Below are positions 8,827-19,623 of a stretch of 64,000 nt of DNA, piece after piece. The position numbers were made by a program, and so were the translations under genes. The notes below the pieces were generated by a model that had not been told where the DNA came from, did no database searches, and saw nothing but the letters and a program-made list of their open reading frames with translations. This stretch comes from a bacterium. GTDB taxonomy: Bacteria > UBA8248 > JACPRG01 > G963555815. Every line of letters begins with the position of its first letter. Position 1 is the first letter of the stretch. The DNA is taken from NCBI GenBank assembly GCA_965218795.1, contig OZ244653.1, positions 2,464,001-2,528,000 of the forward strand. Direction: 5' to 3'.

Positions 8827-10377
8827 ATGAACGAGGTTAGTCCGCCCAGGGTACAGATGAAAGGAATTCACAAGCGATTCGGCGAGGTCGTCGCCCTGGA
8901 CAACGTCAACTTCGAAGCCGAAAAGGGGGAGATTCACGCCCTGTTAGGGGAGAACGGCGCAGGTAAAACGACCCAGATGAACATCTTGAGCGGTCTCTAT
9001 CGGGCTGACACCGGCGAAATCCGGATCGACGGCCGGGAGGCTCCCATCCAGGCTCCCAGAGACGCCATCGACTTTCACATCGGCATGGTGCATCAGCACG
9101 TCGAGTTGATCGGAAACTTCTCCGCGCTGGAGAATATCCTCTTGGGCCGCGAGGGTTCGCGCTGGGTTCTGGATCTGGAGTCACAACGACACAAGGTGGA
9201 GGAAATCGCCTCCCGGTACGGGCTTTCGATTCCATTGGATGAGAAGGTCAAGTCCCTGCCCGTCGGCATCCAGCAAAAAATCGAGATTCTCAAGGCCCTC
9301 TACCGAGGGGCGGACACCCTGATTCTGGACGAGCCGACCACCATGCTGACGCCCCAGGAAGTGGACGCCCTCTTCGAGACCATTCGAGGGCTGGCCGATG
9401 GGGGTCTCACCGTTATCTTCATCACCCACAAGATCCGGGAGGTTCTGGCCACCTGCGATCGGATCAGCGTCTTCCGAGGCGGCAGGCGGGTCGGAACCAT
9501 CACCCGGGCTGAGGCCGACTACGAGACACTGGTTCGGATGATGGTCGGGGAGCGGGGTTTGCCGTCGGACGCCGAGCGCCCCCAGGCCGGGTCGGCTCTT
9601 CAGAATCCTCCCTGCTTCACCGTCCGGGGGATGAACGTGCGGTCCCACGACGGGATCCCGCTGCTCGAGGATATCTCCTTCGAAATCCCGCGCGGGACAA
9701 TCGTGGGGCTGGCCGGCGTTTCCGGTAACGGCCAGCGGGAGCTGGCCGAGGCCCTGGCCGGGCTGCTTCCCATTGAATCGGGGGAGATTATGCTCGACGG
9801 TCACGAGGTGAGCCGCCTGAGCGTGGCTGCCCGGATAGGCCTCGGGCTCACCCTGATCCCGCAGGACCGCATCGGCGAGGGGATTCTTCCCGCGCTCTCC
9901 CTGGCCGAGAACCTCGTCCTCGGCCTCCACCCATTCGTCTTCAAACGGGCGGGCATTTTCGAGCGGGCGACTGCCCGAGAGATGGCCCGAGAGACTATCC
10001 GGGAATACAACATTCTGGCCCGGGACGAGGAGGTTCCCTCGGCTCATCTCTCGGGGGGGAATATTCAGAAGGTCATCGTAGCCCGCGCCGTCCACCTGGC
10101 TCAACGAACGGGCTCCGTATTCCTGATTGCCAACAATCCGACGCGCGGACTGGACGTTAAAGCGGCGGCCTTCGTTCACGAACGTCTCCGGGAGCACCAG
10201 GCCAGAGAGGGCGGCGTTTTGCTTATCTCGGAGGACCTGGACGAATTGTGCGCCATGTGTCATCGGATCCTCGTGATTTTCTCCGGCGAGATTCTCGGAA
10301 GCTTTGACGGGCCGGAGTACGACGTCTATCAGGTAGGCGCCCTCATGGCCGGCGAGCGGGAAGATGCGAATCCATGA
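8827..10377 (+). CDS. ABC transporter ATP-binding protein (tandem domain, CUT2 type)
   Basis: GENGAGKT, ILDEPT, GVSGNGQ, LSGGNIQK. Confidence 0.93.
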   Translation: MNEVSPPRVQMKGIHKRFGEVVALDNVNFEAEKGEIHALLGENGAGKTTQMNILSGLYRADTGEIRIDGREAPIQAPRDAIDFHIGMVHQHVELIGNFSALENILLGREGSRWVLDLESQRHKVEEIASRYGLSIPLDEKVKSLPVGIQQKIEILKALYRGADTLILDEPTTMLTPQEVDALFETIRGLADGGLTVIFITHKIREVLATCDRISVFRGGRRVGTITRAEADYETLVRMMVGERGLPSDAERPQAGSALQNPPCFTVRGMNVRSHDGIPLLEDISFEIPRGTIVGLAGVSGNGQRELAEALAGLLPIESGEIMLDGHEVSRLSVAARIGLGLTLIPQDRIGEGILPALSLAENLVLGLHPFVFKRAGIFERATAREMARETIREYNILARDEEVPSAHLSGGNIQKVIVARAVHLAQRTGSVFLIANNPTRGLDVKAAAFVHERLREHQAREGGVLLISEDLDELCAMCHRILVIFSGEILGSFDGPEYDVYQVGALMAGEREDANP

Positions 10378-11450
10378 TCGCCGCCGAGGAAGGCCGGAGG
10401 GAGGAGCGCAGACAGAAGTATCTCTCCATCCTGGTGACCTATGCATTCGCGGGGATGCTCGCCCTGGTTATGGCCGCCCTGTTCGTTCTGGCTTTCGGGG
10501 GCAACGTTTGGGTGGCTTTTTTGACCGTTCTCAAGGCCAGCCTGGGCTCTTGGGGAGGATTCGCGCAAACCCTCAACAAGTTTTGTCCGCTCCTGCTGGG
10601 CTCTCTGGCGGTGGCCCTCGGGATGCGGGGCGGTTACTTCAACATAGGGGTGGACGGCCAGATCTACGTCGGGGCCGTCGGCATGACGGCCGTCGCCTTC
10701 GGCCTGAAGGGTTCCGGTCTGCCGTGGGGCCTGTTCGTTCCCCTCGGCCTTCTCGGCGGGATCCTGGCCGGCGCGTTCTGGGGGCTCATTCCGGGCTTCC
10801 TTCGCGTACGGTATCAGGTGAGCGAGATTTTCGTCACCGTGATGCTGAACTTCATCGCGTTTTATCTCGTGGATTATCTGGCCAACGGTCCATGGAACGA
10901 TCCCCTCGCCGGAGACGCCATCACCCATCCCATCCCGGATAACGCGGTGATGCCCGCGCTGATGACCCAGGCCGGGGCCCATACGGGAGTCCTGCTTGCG
11001 TTGGCGGGCACTGCGTTGATGGGTTTTTTGATGAGCCGGACCATCGTGGGCTATGAAATTCGAGCCGTTGGGGACAATCCGGTGGCGGCTCGATTTGGCG
11101 GCGTCAACATCAGGCGCATCACCTTGATCACCATGCCCATCTGCGGCGCCCTGTCCGGTCTCGCGGGCGCCATCGAGGTGTCCGGCTTCCATCAGGCCAT
11201 GATGCTGGGAATGACCGGGCCGGAGGGAGCCCCCCAATACGGCGCGATGGCAATTCTGATCGCCGTCATCGGGCGCAGGAACCCATTCGGCGTTACCATC
11301 GCCGCCGCTTTTTTCACCATCCTGCTCGTTGGTTCAGACTCTTTGCAGAGAAGCATCGGCCTCCCCTCCTCCGCCGTATTCGTATTTCAGGCCAGCACGG
11401 TTCTGGCCGTCCTCTACGTAGAGGCCAGACGGGGAATGAACAAGAAATAG
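10374..11450 (+). CDS. ABC transporter permease (BMP/nucleoside type)
   Basis: FNIGVDGQ, GYEIRAVGDNPVAARFGG; multiple TM segments. Confidence 0.9.
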   Translation: MIAAEEGRREERRQKYLSILVTYAFAGMLALVMAALFVLAFGGNVWVAFLTVLKASLGSWGGFAQTLNKFCPLLLGSLAVALGMRGGYFNIGVDGQIYVGAVGMTAVAFGLKGSGLPWGLFVPLGLLGGILAGAFWGLIPGFLRVRYQVSEIFVTVMLNFIAFYLVDYLANGPWNDPLAGDAITHPIPDNAVMPALMTQAGAHTGVLLALAGTALMGFLMSRTIVGYEIRAVGDNPVAARFGGVNIRRITLITMPICGALSGLAGAIEVSGFHQAMMLGMTGPEGAPQYGAMAILIAVIGRRNPFGVTIAAAFFTILLVGSDSLQRSIGLPSSAVFVFQASTVLAVLYVEARRGMNKK

Positions 11451-11780
11451 GCGGGCCTGTCTGGTTAGCAGCGGGTTACTCGAAGCCCGTCAATGTCAAG
11501 AGGGTGTCGGTCTCCCTGATGGACGGAATTGTGTTTGATAATTGACATCGGCTGACGCACCTTGGCACCTGGAGCGGTTGCGAGGGAAGGTGTCTACACC
11601 GATGTCGAACAAGCGCTCGAATACGAAAAGCCCACGATCGATCGGAATGGTGCGCGGCCTGCTCCAATCCCATCGTCCCATTTTTTTTGCAGAGCACGAT
11701 TTCTTGATGTTTGAATGCCGAGAAGTCGGTCATCCTGACTGACAGGCGCTCGTCCGTTGAGGTCACGGAGGTACGTAAAG

Positions 11781-11836
11781 GTGGGCGGGCCGGCTTCCAG
11801 CCCGCCATTGGATCTCGGCCCAGATGGCCGCCCTAC
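11781..11836. repeat. REP-like palindromic element
   Basis: Minus strand reads GTAGGGCGGCCATC...GGCGGGCTGGAAGCC...GCCCGCCCAC; GTAG-headed GC-rich imperfect hairpins. Confidence 0.45.
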
Positions 11837-11856
11837 CGAATCTCCAATGCTGTGAT

Positions 11857-12029
11857 TCACGCCACGTCCCGGCCAAACGGGATCCAACCCAGGTTGAACT
11901 CGAATTTCTCGGCCGCGCGGATCGTCCCTGCAGTCAACGTCAGCAAGGCCAACCCCGCCATGACCTGAGCCGTCCGGGTCCAAAGTCGTTGTTTCACACT
12001 CCGTTCCTTCAATCCGGAACCGGTCTCAG
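11857..12029 (-). pseudogene. 5' fragment of an NMT1/THI5/SsuA-type substrate-binding protein
   Basis: Signal peptide (MAGLALLTLTAGTIRAA) then EKFEFNLGWIPFGRD, followed by a stop. Confidence 0.6.
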
Positions 12030-12946
12030 GAAGCCGCACTTTGTGCGATTGCATTCAGATGATAGATCTCCGGCCGCCTCGCCTTCAGAAAGGGAAGCTT
12101 CTCACGCCCTTTCACAATCTGGTCCATCGGAAGGGTTCCCCCGATGACACCTTCTTCCATGGAGGGGCCTTCGGCCAGCGTGTTCCCCGCGGGGCCGAGG
12201 ATGACCGCATGGCCGAAGTAGGGCGTGGCTTTTTCATCGAGCTCTTCCGTCCCGGCTTTGTTGGTCGCGACCACGAAGAGCTGATTTTCCAGGGCGCGGG
12301 TCCGGAGCTCCCACAGGGTCTGGTCCTCCCGTTCCGGGTACCAGGCGGGAATGCAACTGGGGACGAAGACGATCTCCGCCCCCTGGATGGCCAAGCTCCG
12401 CCAAGCCTCGGGAAAGCACCGGTCGTAGCAGATCAGCACGCCGACCGTCGCCTTCGGGGTATGAAACACCGGTAGGCCGTTCCCTGCAGTGAAGTAAAAG
12501 CTCTCCTGCAGGCCCGCCGCTTCCACGTCCGCGAGGTGGGTCTTCCGGTAGCAGGAGACCATTTCTCCGTTGGTCCGGGTTCCCTCCACGATCTCTCCCT
12601 CGGGGGAAAGGAGGACGACACTGTTGTAGTAGAGATCGCCCGACTTCTCGCACATGGGAAGGAGGATGGTGGTCTCTAGGGATTTCGCCAGTACTCCCAC
12701 GGCTTCCGTGCTGGGACCCGGGATGGGTTCCGCCCAGTTCAGGTGGACCGGGTTGTGGTGACCTCCGAAGTAAGGGGTCGTCGCCAGCTCGCTCAGAAGG
12801 ATGAAGTCCGGGCGATGCTCGCGCGTCCGTTCGACGAGACGCCGGATGGTTTTCAGGTTGTCTTCCGTCTCACCGGAGGCGGGCGGCAGCTGAACGGCGG
12901 ATATCCGGACCGTTCGCCCTTCTCCATCGGAGTGACACGCCATCAA
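12026..12946 (-). CDS. Carbon-nitrogen hydrolase (nitrilase family, N-carbamoylase-like)
   Basis: E-K-C triad: LSELAT, YRKTHL, LICYDRCFPE. Confidence 0.9.
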   Translation of the reverse strand: MMACHSDGEGRTVRISAVQLPPASGETEDNLKTIRRLVERTREHRPDFILLSELATTPYFGGHHNPVHLNWAEPIPGPSTEAVGVLAKSLETTILLPMCEKSGDLYYNSVVLLSPEGEIVEGTRTNGEMVSCYRKTHLADVEAAGLQESFYFTAGNGLPVFHTPKATVGVLICYDRCFPEAWRSLAIQGAEIVFVPSCIPAWYPEREDQTLWELRTRALENQLFVVATNKAGTEELDEKATPYFGHAVILGPAGNTLAEGPSMEEGVIGGTLPMDQIVKGREKLPFLKARRPEIYHLNAIAQSAAS

Positions 12947-12968
12947 TCGGTCTCCTTATGAAAGCAGG

Positions 12969-14324
12969 CTAGAGACTCCGTGACAGGAATTTCCCTGTTC
13001 CGGGCTTCCCTGTAATCTTTCCGTCTTCGAAAACCACCTCACCCCGGACCATGGTGAGGGTGGGCCATCCCTTGAGCGTCATCCCCTCGAAGGGGGTGAA
13101 GTCTGCAATGTGATGCAGGATATCGTTGGTGACCGTGACCTCCTTGTCCGCGTCGACGATGACGATGTCCGCGTCGAAGCCGGTGCTCAGGAGGCCCTTG
13201 CCCTCCAGGCCGAAGAGCTTCGCCGTGTTGGCCGAGCAGATTTCCACCAGCCTCGACCAGGAGATGCGCCCACCGTTCACGCCCTCGCTCACCATGACCG
13301 GAAGGAAAGTCTCGATTCCCGCCATGCCGACGACGGCAGACCAGAATTCCTCCTTGAGGGCTTTGGTGCACGGGGCGTGATCCGTACCGACGTAGTTGAT
13401 GACCCCCTGCCGGATCCCGTCCCAGAGGGCGTCGTTGTCTTCTTCGGCGCGCAGTGGAGGATTCACCTTTCCCAAGATCCGATCGACATTGAACCGGGTC
13501 CGGGTCAGGTACTGGGGACAGGTCTCCGAATGCATGTTGACACCGAGATCCCAGGCTTTCTTCGTGATGTCCACCCCTTCCCGGATGGTCATGTGGACCA
13601 CGTAGCAGGTCGGGTGGGTTTCCTTGGCGAAGTTGATGATTCGGTACATCGACTCGGCCTCGTTGTAATTCGGCCGCGTGTCGTGCCAGTGAATTTTGTC
13701 TCCCGGACCCGTCTCGAGAATTTCCCCCTTCAGCTTGAAAAAGAGCTCGATGTTCTCACAGTGGAACATGGCGATGGCCTTGGGGCTCAGCCGGCCGATC
13801 TCGCGCATCCCCATAAACAACACCCCGTCGTCGATTCCGACCAGGGGCGGCACCGCCTCGGCGCCCCGGTACGGAACGAGGAACTTGAACGAGGTCACCC
13901 CCGCTTCGGCGGCCTTGGGGATTTCCTTCACCTGATCCATGGAGAAGATGGCCGCGTGAAAAGAACCGTCGATGAAACTGTTGGCTTCGAACACGGCCTT
14001 ATGCTTCTCAATTCCGCCCGTCAAGCTCTCGGGCTCCAGCATGAAGTGGAGGACGCACGTGACGCCGCTGGCCACTGCGTTGGAGGTGAACCGACATCCG
14101 TCCTCAAAGGAATGGATGGGCCAATCCATGTGGACATGGGGGTCGATGAAGCCCGGGAGGACGTAGTTTCCCCTAGCGTCGATCGTCCGGGCACCCTCCA
14201 GGGGACATTCTCCAGACCCCTGCGCCACGATTTTCTCCCCCTCGATCCCCAGCCAGCCGCCCTCCACCACGCCGGAGGGATGAACGACCTTTCCGTTCTT
14301 CACAACCGTGGCAACCTGCATCAC
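12969..14324 (-). CDS. Cyclic amidohydrolase (dihydropyrimidinase/allantoinase family)
   Basis: IDPHVH, SFKF, FHCEN, VVHMT, ETCPQYL, KVNPPLR, GTDHAP. Confidence 0.9.
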   Translation of the reverse strand: MMQVATVVKNGKVVHPSGVVEGGWLGIEGEKIVAQGSGECPLEGARTIDARGNYVLPGFIDPHVHMDWPIHSFEDGCRFTSNAVASGVTCVLHFMLEPESLTGGIEKHKAVFEANSFIDGSFHAAIFSMDQVKEIPKAAEAGVTSFKFLVPYRGAEAVPPLVGIDDGVLFMGMREIGRLSPKAIAMFHCENIELFFKLKGEILETGPGDKIHWHDTRPNYNEAESMYRIINFAKETHPTCYVVHMTIREGVDITKKAWDLGVNMHSETCPQYLTRTRFNVDRILGKVNPPLRAEEDNDALWDGIRQGVINYVGTDHAPCTKALKEEFWSAVVGMAGIETFLPVMVSEGVNGGRISWSRLVEICSANTAKLFGLEGKGLLSTGFDADIVIVDADKEVTVTNDILHHIADFTPFEGMTLKGWPTLTMVRGEVVFEDGKITGKPGTGKFLSRSL

Positions 14325-14778
14325 AACCTCCTTTCAAATGTAGAACCGGCGTCCTCGCCGCAAAACGAGTCCGCCGTTCACCGCCATGACCGAATCATGT
14401 GCAGGAGCCGGTCAGCTTCAGCGGACCGGGATGATTCATGCCTTTCGCTTCGGCAAGAATCACTGTGTATCCTCGTTCTGATGCACAGAAGATGGATCCC
14501 GGGACGGCCGACAATCTACGAAAACGGGCTGTTTCTGATGAACTGAAAGCCAGAACCCCACCTCCGGTGCAGGGCAGGTCTGCCGGAAGAAAGGCCCCCC
14601 GGTTCAATCCATGCCGGTCCCACGTTTGGAATCAGGACTTCTTGATCATATGACAGCCGGAGAAAAGGTGTCTAGCCAAAAGTTGACGGGCCTTCGGATC
14701 GGGCAATGATAGGCGGCCGCAGTCGGAGCGGAGAGTCATTCCGGGCGGAGAGCCGCGAGCGCTTTCCCGCAAGGCCGC

Positions 14779-15936
14779 TCAATGACTATGGGTCGTCAGT
14801 TTTTCGTCGAATAAATGGCCGGAGGCGAATCGCTCAATCGAAAGAGGGGAGATGTCGACCGAATGGGCTTTCCCATCGAGGATGAGTTCGGCCATCAGCT
14901 TTCCGGTCGCGGGACTGTGCATGAATCCGTGCCCGCTGAATCCATTCGCCGCCAGGAATCCCTCGACGCCCGGCACCGGACCCATGACGGCGTGGTTGTC
15001 GGGAGAGATTTCATAAGTCCCGGCCCACTGGGATGCAATCTTCGCCCCTTCCATCAAGGGGATGCGCTGACGGGCCTGCTCCACAGCCCACACCATTCCC
15101 TCCCAGTCCGTTGCGGTATTGTGGCTGGGCTCCTGATCCCGGGGACCGTAGAGGAGAAAGCCGTGGCCCTCGCGCCGGTAGGCCGTTCCCCGTTGGAGAT
15201 CGATGATGACGGGAACCACTCCCTCAATTTGGGGGATCGGATCGGAAACGAAGATCTGCCGGCGGAGCGGGGTCACCGGAATGTCGATGCCGATCATCCG
15301 GCCGACGTCCGCCGCGAAGGGGCCGCCTGCGTTGACGACGGTCCTCGTGGAGATATCGCCCTTTTCCGTATGGACGGCCCGGACCTGTCCCGATTCGATG
15401 TCGATTCCCGTCGCCGGGGTCCGCTGGTGGATATGGACACCCAGGTCCCGCGCGCGCCTCCGGTAACCCTCGATCACTTCGGCCGGCCCCATGAATCCGT
15501 CCCGTGCGCAGTAAGTCGCCCCCAGAATGTCATCCGTCTTGACATACGGCCAACGCTCCGCGACCTCCTCAGGGGTGAGAAGCTCCACGTCCCGGATACC
15601 GAGTCGGCTATAGATCTCCTGGTTCGCCTTGAACTGCTCCATCTGCGCTTCGGTTGAGGCCAACATGAGATATCCGACCCGACGGAACTCCGGGTCGACC
15701 CCGAACTCCTCCTCGAATCGGTCAATGATCGGAAAGGCCTCAAGGGAAAACCGGACGTTGACTTCGGTCGAAAAGTCCAGGCGCACACCCCCCGTGCAGC
15801 GCCCCGTGGACCCTTCGCCGAGGAAGTCCTTCTCCAGCAGGACAATGTCCTTCATGCCGCGCTTGGCCAGGTGATACGCCGTGCTGAGCCCCACGGCGCC
15901 GCCGCCGATGATGACGACTTCGGCCGTCTTCTCCAA
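14779..15936 (-). CDS. FAD-dependent oxidoreductase (DAO/sarcosine oxidase beta-like)
   Basis: IIGGGAVGLS, GSTGRCTGG, NGFSGHGFMHSP; TTG start after GAGGAGG. Confidence 0.9.
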   Translation of the reverse strand: MEKTAEVVIIGGGAVGLSTAYHLAKRGMKDIVLLEKDFLGEGSTGRCTGGVRLDFSTEVNVRFSLEAFPIIDRFEEEFGVDPEFRRVGYLMLASTEAQMEQFKANQEIYSRLGIRDVELLTPEEVAERWPYVKTDDILGATYCARDGFMGPAEVIEGYRRRARDLGVHIHQRTPATGIDIESGQVRAVHTEKGDISTRTVVNAGGPFAADVGRMIGIDIPVTPLRRQIFVSDPIPQIEGVVPVIIDLQRGTAYRREGHGFLLYGPRDQEPSHNTATDWEGMVWAVEQARQRIPLMEGAKIASQWAGTYEISPDNHAVMGPVPGVEGFLAANGFSGHGFMHSPATGKLMAELILDGKAHSVDISPLSIERFASGHLFDEKLTTHSH

Positions 15937-16031
15937 GGAAGCCTCCTCATTTTGTTCCAAGCAGAGGGGCCGGACCGCCCGCTCCAATCCGGGGCGCTCC
16001 GGATTCCGGTGTCCGCCCGGCCTGCCGGGCT

Positions 16032-17033
16032 TTACAAAACCTGCGGAAAGATTTCCCGGCTAATCAGGTCAATCGTTTTTCGCGGCGAAGGGGTCGTCAG
16101 AAGCGGGACGGGAATCGTCACCCCGGCCTTCCGATAGGCCATCAGCCGTTCGCAGCATTCCTCGGGCGTTCCCGCGATGGCCAGGCGGTCCACCAGCTCG
16201 TCCGTGACCAGATGGACCGCCGGCTTTCCTTTCCCCACGGCCTCGATGAAGGGTTTGAGCTCTTCCTCGGTCGTTCCGCCTTGGGTGAACAGGGGATTCA
16301 CTCCGATGGCTCCGAGATAAAGCGCGATGAGCGGCTTAACCATCTCTTTGGCGGCGCGGGATTTCCGGTCGACGGCGAAAATGAAAAGGGTCACCGTCTC
16401 AAAATTCCGCAGGCCCTTGCCGGCCTTCTTCGCCCCCAGGGCCACGTGTTTTTTCACGAATTGGTGGTACTCGACGCTCGCCAGGGCGGAGAGAATCACC
16501 CCGTTTCCGATCTCCCCGCTCAGCTCCAGCATCCTCGGACCCATCGCGCCGATATAGAAAGGAATCTTCTTGCGAACGGGTTTGAACTCCAGGTTGACGT
16601 TGTGGATCCGGTAGTGCGTGCCCCGGTAGGACGAAGGGCCTCGGAGGATTTCGTCGAGAATTTCCTTGGTCTCCCGAATCCGCCCCAGCGTCCCCGCGTA
16701 CGTGTAGTCCATCTGCTCCATCCAATAACGGACGCCTCCCCCCACGCCGAAGATGATGCGGCCGCCGGACAGTTCGTCCAGCGTGGCGACGTCCATGGCG
16801 AGAAGGGCCGGATGGCGTGTGTAAGGATTGGTGATGCTGATGGCCAGCTGGACTTTTTGTGTGAGGTAGGCGGCCAGGGACGTGAATGTGAATCCGCTCC
16901 GAAAGAAGTAGTCGTCCGCCAGCCAGGCGCTTGTGAACCCCTTCCGTTCGGCATAGGCCACGTGCTCGGCGATTTCCCGGGCGGGGAAGACCCCCGTGAA
17001 ACAGATCCCCATCGACTTGTACCTTCGTGCCAT
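16032..17033 (-). CDS. LLM-class flavin/F420-dependent oxidoreductase (Mer-like)
   Basis: TNPYTRHPALLA, TLDELSGGR, YIGAMGPRML. Confidence 0.88.
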   Translation of the reverse strand: MARRYKSMGICFTGVFPAREIAEHVAYAERKGFTSAWLADDYFFRSGFTFTSLAAYLTQKVQLAISITNPYTRHPALLAMDVATLDELSGGRIIFGVGGGVRYWMEQMDYTYAGTLGRIRETKEILDEILRGPSSYRGTHYRIHNVNLEFKPVRKKIPFYIGAMGPRMLELSGEIGNGVILSALASVEYHQFVKKHVALGAKKAGKGLRNFETVTLFIFAVDRKSRAAKEMVKPLIALYLGAIGVNPLFTQGGTTEEELKPFIEAVGKGKPAVHLVTDELVDRLAIAGTPEECCERLMAYRKAGVTIPVPLLTTPSPRKTIDLISREIFPQVL

Positions 17034-17194
17034 GACGTTTCCTCCTTCCCCCGGGACGAATTCAGCGACTCTGACGGTGCGAGGTTCAAAGCTCCATCCG
17101 CCCGCCGCGGAAATGCCGCGGCGGAAGGGCCGAAGCTTCTTCCTATGCCGAGTCTCGGGTTTCAACCCATCACAGCGGACATCCGCCCCGAGCC

Positions 17195-18211
17195 TCAGAT
17201 CTTGCCCGCGAAGTGGGGCATCACTTCCTCTCCAAAGAGCCGGATGGACTTCATCACCTTTTCGTGAGGGATTCCGGGAAACTGCATGCGGAAGATGAGA
17301 TGGCGCGTCCCGAGCTCCGCGACGTATCGCTCGCATTCCCGGACGACATCCTCGGGCGACCCGATAATGAAACGTCTTCGGAGGGTTTCTATGGTCTCCT
17401 TAAAATCCCAGACCTCCCGGCCTTCATCATCCTGCAGATGACCCCAATTCAGATACTCTTTGTAGTTGTAGAGAACCCCGTCCTTGGAGTCCTCCCATGC
17501 CTGCTCCGTGGTGTCGCCGACAAAGCCTTCTTTGAAGAGCGGGTTCTCCAGGTCTTCAAAACGCCTGCCCACCTTCTTAAGCTCATCGCGGTAGGCCGCC
17601 ATCCGCTGCTTCAACACGCTGAAGGGCGTGACGGGGTCTCCGAACCACTCGTCGGCCAGACGCGCGGCCCGGCGGACGGGGTTCTCTGCTTTGGCGGCAA
17701 TCCAGATGGGTGGACTGGGCTTCTGCACCGGCCGGGGGGTCATGGTGACGTCCTTCAGGTTCCAGAAGCGCCCTTCGTGCGTCACGTTTTCCTCTGAGAG
17801 CAACCGGCGCACCAGCGGCACCCCTTCCTCGAACCGGACACCCCGCTGCTTCAACGGGACGCCGAAGGCATCGAACTCCTCTTGACGGTACCCGATGCCC
17901 AATCCCAGGATGAATCGGCCCTTGGAGATGTTATCCACCACAGCCGCGTCTTCGGCCACATTCAGGGGATGGTGGAGCGGGAGAAGGACGACCGCAGTGC
18001 CGAGTTTGATCCGAAAGGTCCGGATGGCGAGCGCCGCGCAGAACGGCATTACGGAAGGGAAGTAACCGTTGTCCACCAAGTGGTGTTCGCTGATGAAGGC
18101 CGACTCAAACCCGAGCTCGTCGGCCAACACGACTTGCTCGATCACATCCTGGCAGACCTGCTGCCAATCCCCCGTCAAGGACTGAACGCTGTAGACAAGC
18201 CCGAATCTCAC
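17195..18211 (-). CDS. LLM-class flavin-dependent oxidoreductase
   Basis: SEHH, LPLHHPLNVAED, DNISKGRFILGLGIGYR, PRPVQKPSPPIW. Confidence 0.9.
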   Translation of the reverse strand: MRFGLVYSVQSLTGDWQQVCQDVIEQVVLADELGFESAFISEHHLVDNGYFPSVMPFCAALAIRTFRIKLGTAVVLLPLHHPLNVAEDAAVVDNISKGRFILGLGIGYRQEEFDAFGVPLKQRGVRFEEGVPLVRRLLSEENVTHEGRFWNLKDVTMTPRPVQKPSPPIWIAAKAENPVRRAARLADEWFGDPVTPFSVLKQRMAAYRDELKKVGRRFEDLENPLFKEGFVGDTTEQAWEDSKDGVLYNYKEYLNWGHLQDDEGREVWDFKETIETLRRRFIIGSPEDVVRECERYVAELGTRHLIFRMQFPGIPHEKVMKSIRLFGEEVMPHFAGKI

Positions 18212-18430
18212 GGATGCGTCCTCCTTGCCTTCGCCCTCAGTGTAGCCTCGGCGTCGTCCCGCAATTCGGCGAGGGCACACTCCCAGAGCGGAGGCCCGGA
18301 AACCCGCTGGATCACGGGAAAATGTAGCAGTTAAACCTAGAATCGAGTGTAACAAAAGGGGGCGGGCCGGTCAACGATGAATTATTTCTGGGGATCCCGG
18401 TTTTGGTCGGCAGTCTCGTCCCGTTGCAGC

Positions 18431-19623
18431 TGAGGTGGTCCCAGAAGATCGGACAGTTTGCTAAGGTGTATTCCACCGCCTGAGGGAGGGATACGCAATG
18501 ACCACACGACGGCGGTTCACGGGGGAGTTCAAGGCGAAGGTAGCGCTGGAAGCACTGCGCGGGGACAAGACGGTCCATGAGATCGCGACGCGGCACAAGG
18601 TTCATCCGAACCAAGTGAGCGCCTGGAAGCAGCGGGCGGTGGAGGGGCTGAGCGAGGTATTCTCCAAGGGAGCGGAGTCGAGGGGACCACGAGGCGGATA
18701 TCCGGGACCTGCACGCGAAGATCGGGGAGTTGACAGTGGAGCGGGATTTTTTGTCCAAAAGGGCTCAAGTGGTGAGCCGGGAGGGACGCAGGGCCATGAT
18801 CCGTCGCGACCATCCCAAGCTCAGCTTGAGCCGTCAATGCCGCTTGCTCTCCATCAGCCGATCCTCGCTGTATCACACGCCGCAGGGCGAGAGTGCGCAG
18901 AACCTGGCGTTGATGCGGCGGATCGATGAATTGTTTCTGAACTACCCGTTCTACGGCAGCCGCCAGATGGTCCGTCATCTGCGGCGGGATGGAGTCCGTG
19001 TCGGTCGTCACCGGGTACGCCGGCTGATGCGGCTGATGGGCCTACAGGCCATCTACCAAGCGCCGAGAACCACCAGACCACATCCCGAACACCGGGTTTA
19101 TCCCTATCTTCTCAAGGGACTCGCCATCGACCGGCCCAATCAGGTCTGGACGGCTGATATCACCTACATCCCCGTCCAGCGCGGCTTCTTGTACCTGGTA
19201 GCCGTCATGGACTGGGCCACCCGCCGAGTGCTCGCTTGGCGGCTGTCCAACACCCTGGATGCCCGCTTCTGCGTCGAAGCCCTGACTGAAGCCCTGGAGC
19301 GCTACGGCCGGCCTCGGATCTTCAATACCGACCAAGGCAGCCAGTTCACCAGCCTCGCGTTCACCGCGCGACCCTCCAAGACGCCGGCGTCGCCATCTCC
19401 ATGGACGGCAGGGGGCCGGTGCATGGACAACATCTTCATCGAGCGCCTCTGGCGTTCGCTCAAATACGAGGCCGTCTACCTGCACGAGCTCACCGACGGC
19501 TTCGCAGCCCAACGGGTTATCTCCCGATGGATGGCCTTTTATGATACCCAAAGGCCTCACTCCGCCCTGGCGGACTCCACCCCGGCCGAGAACCATCACT
19601 TGAGGACAAGTACCGGGCCATAG
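18431..19623 (+). mobile_element. IS3-family element, degenerate; no right end adjacent
   Basis: TG-headed left IR TGAGGTGGTCCCAG at 18431; OrfA (RRRFTGEFKAKVALEA) from 18498; OrfB integrase (WTADITY, FNTDQGSQF, DNIFIERLWRSLKYE, RPHSAL); several frameshifts. Confidence 0.92.

Noticed and set aside
11563-11582. TGGCAC...TTGC sigma54 promoter
   Set aside because: Spacing between the -24 and -12 elements is wrong.
11476-11760. Possible gene fragment between the ABC operon and the REP-like element
   Set aside because: No recognisable protein motif in any frame.
18730-18780. Programmed -1 frameshift site of an active IS3
   Set aside because: Extra indels in OrfA and OrfB indicate decay, so a functional slippery site cannot be asserted.
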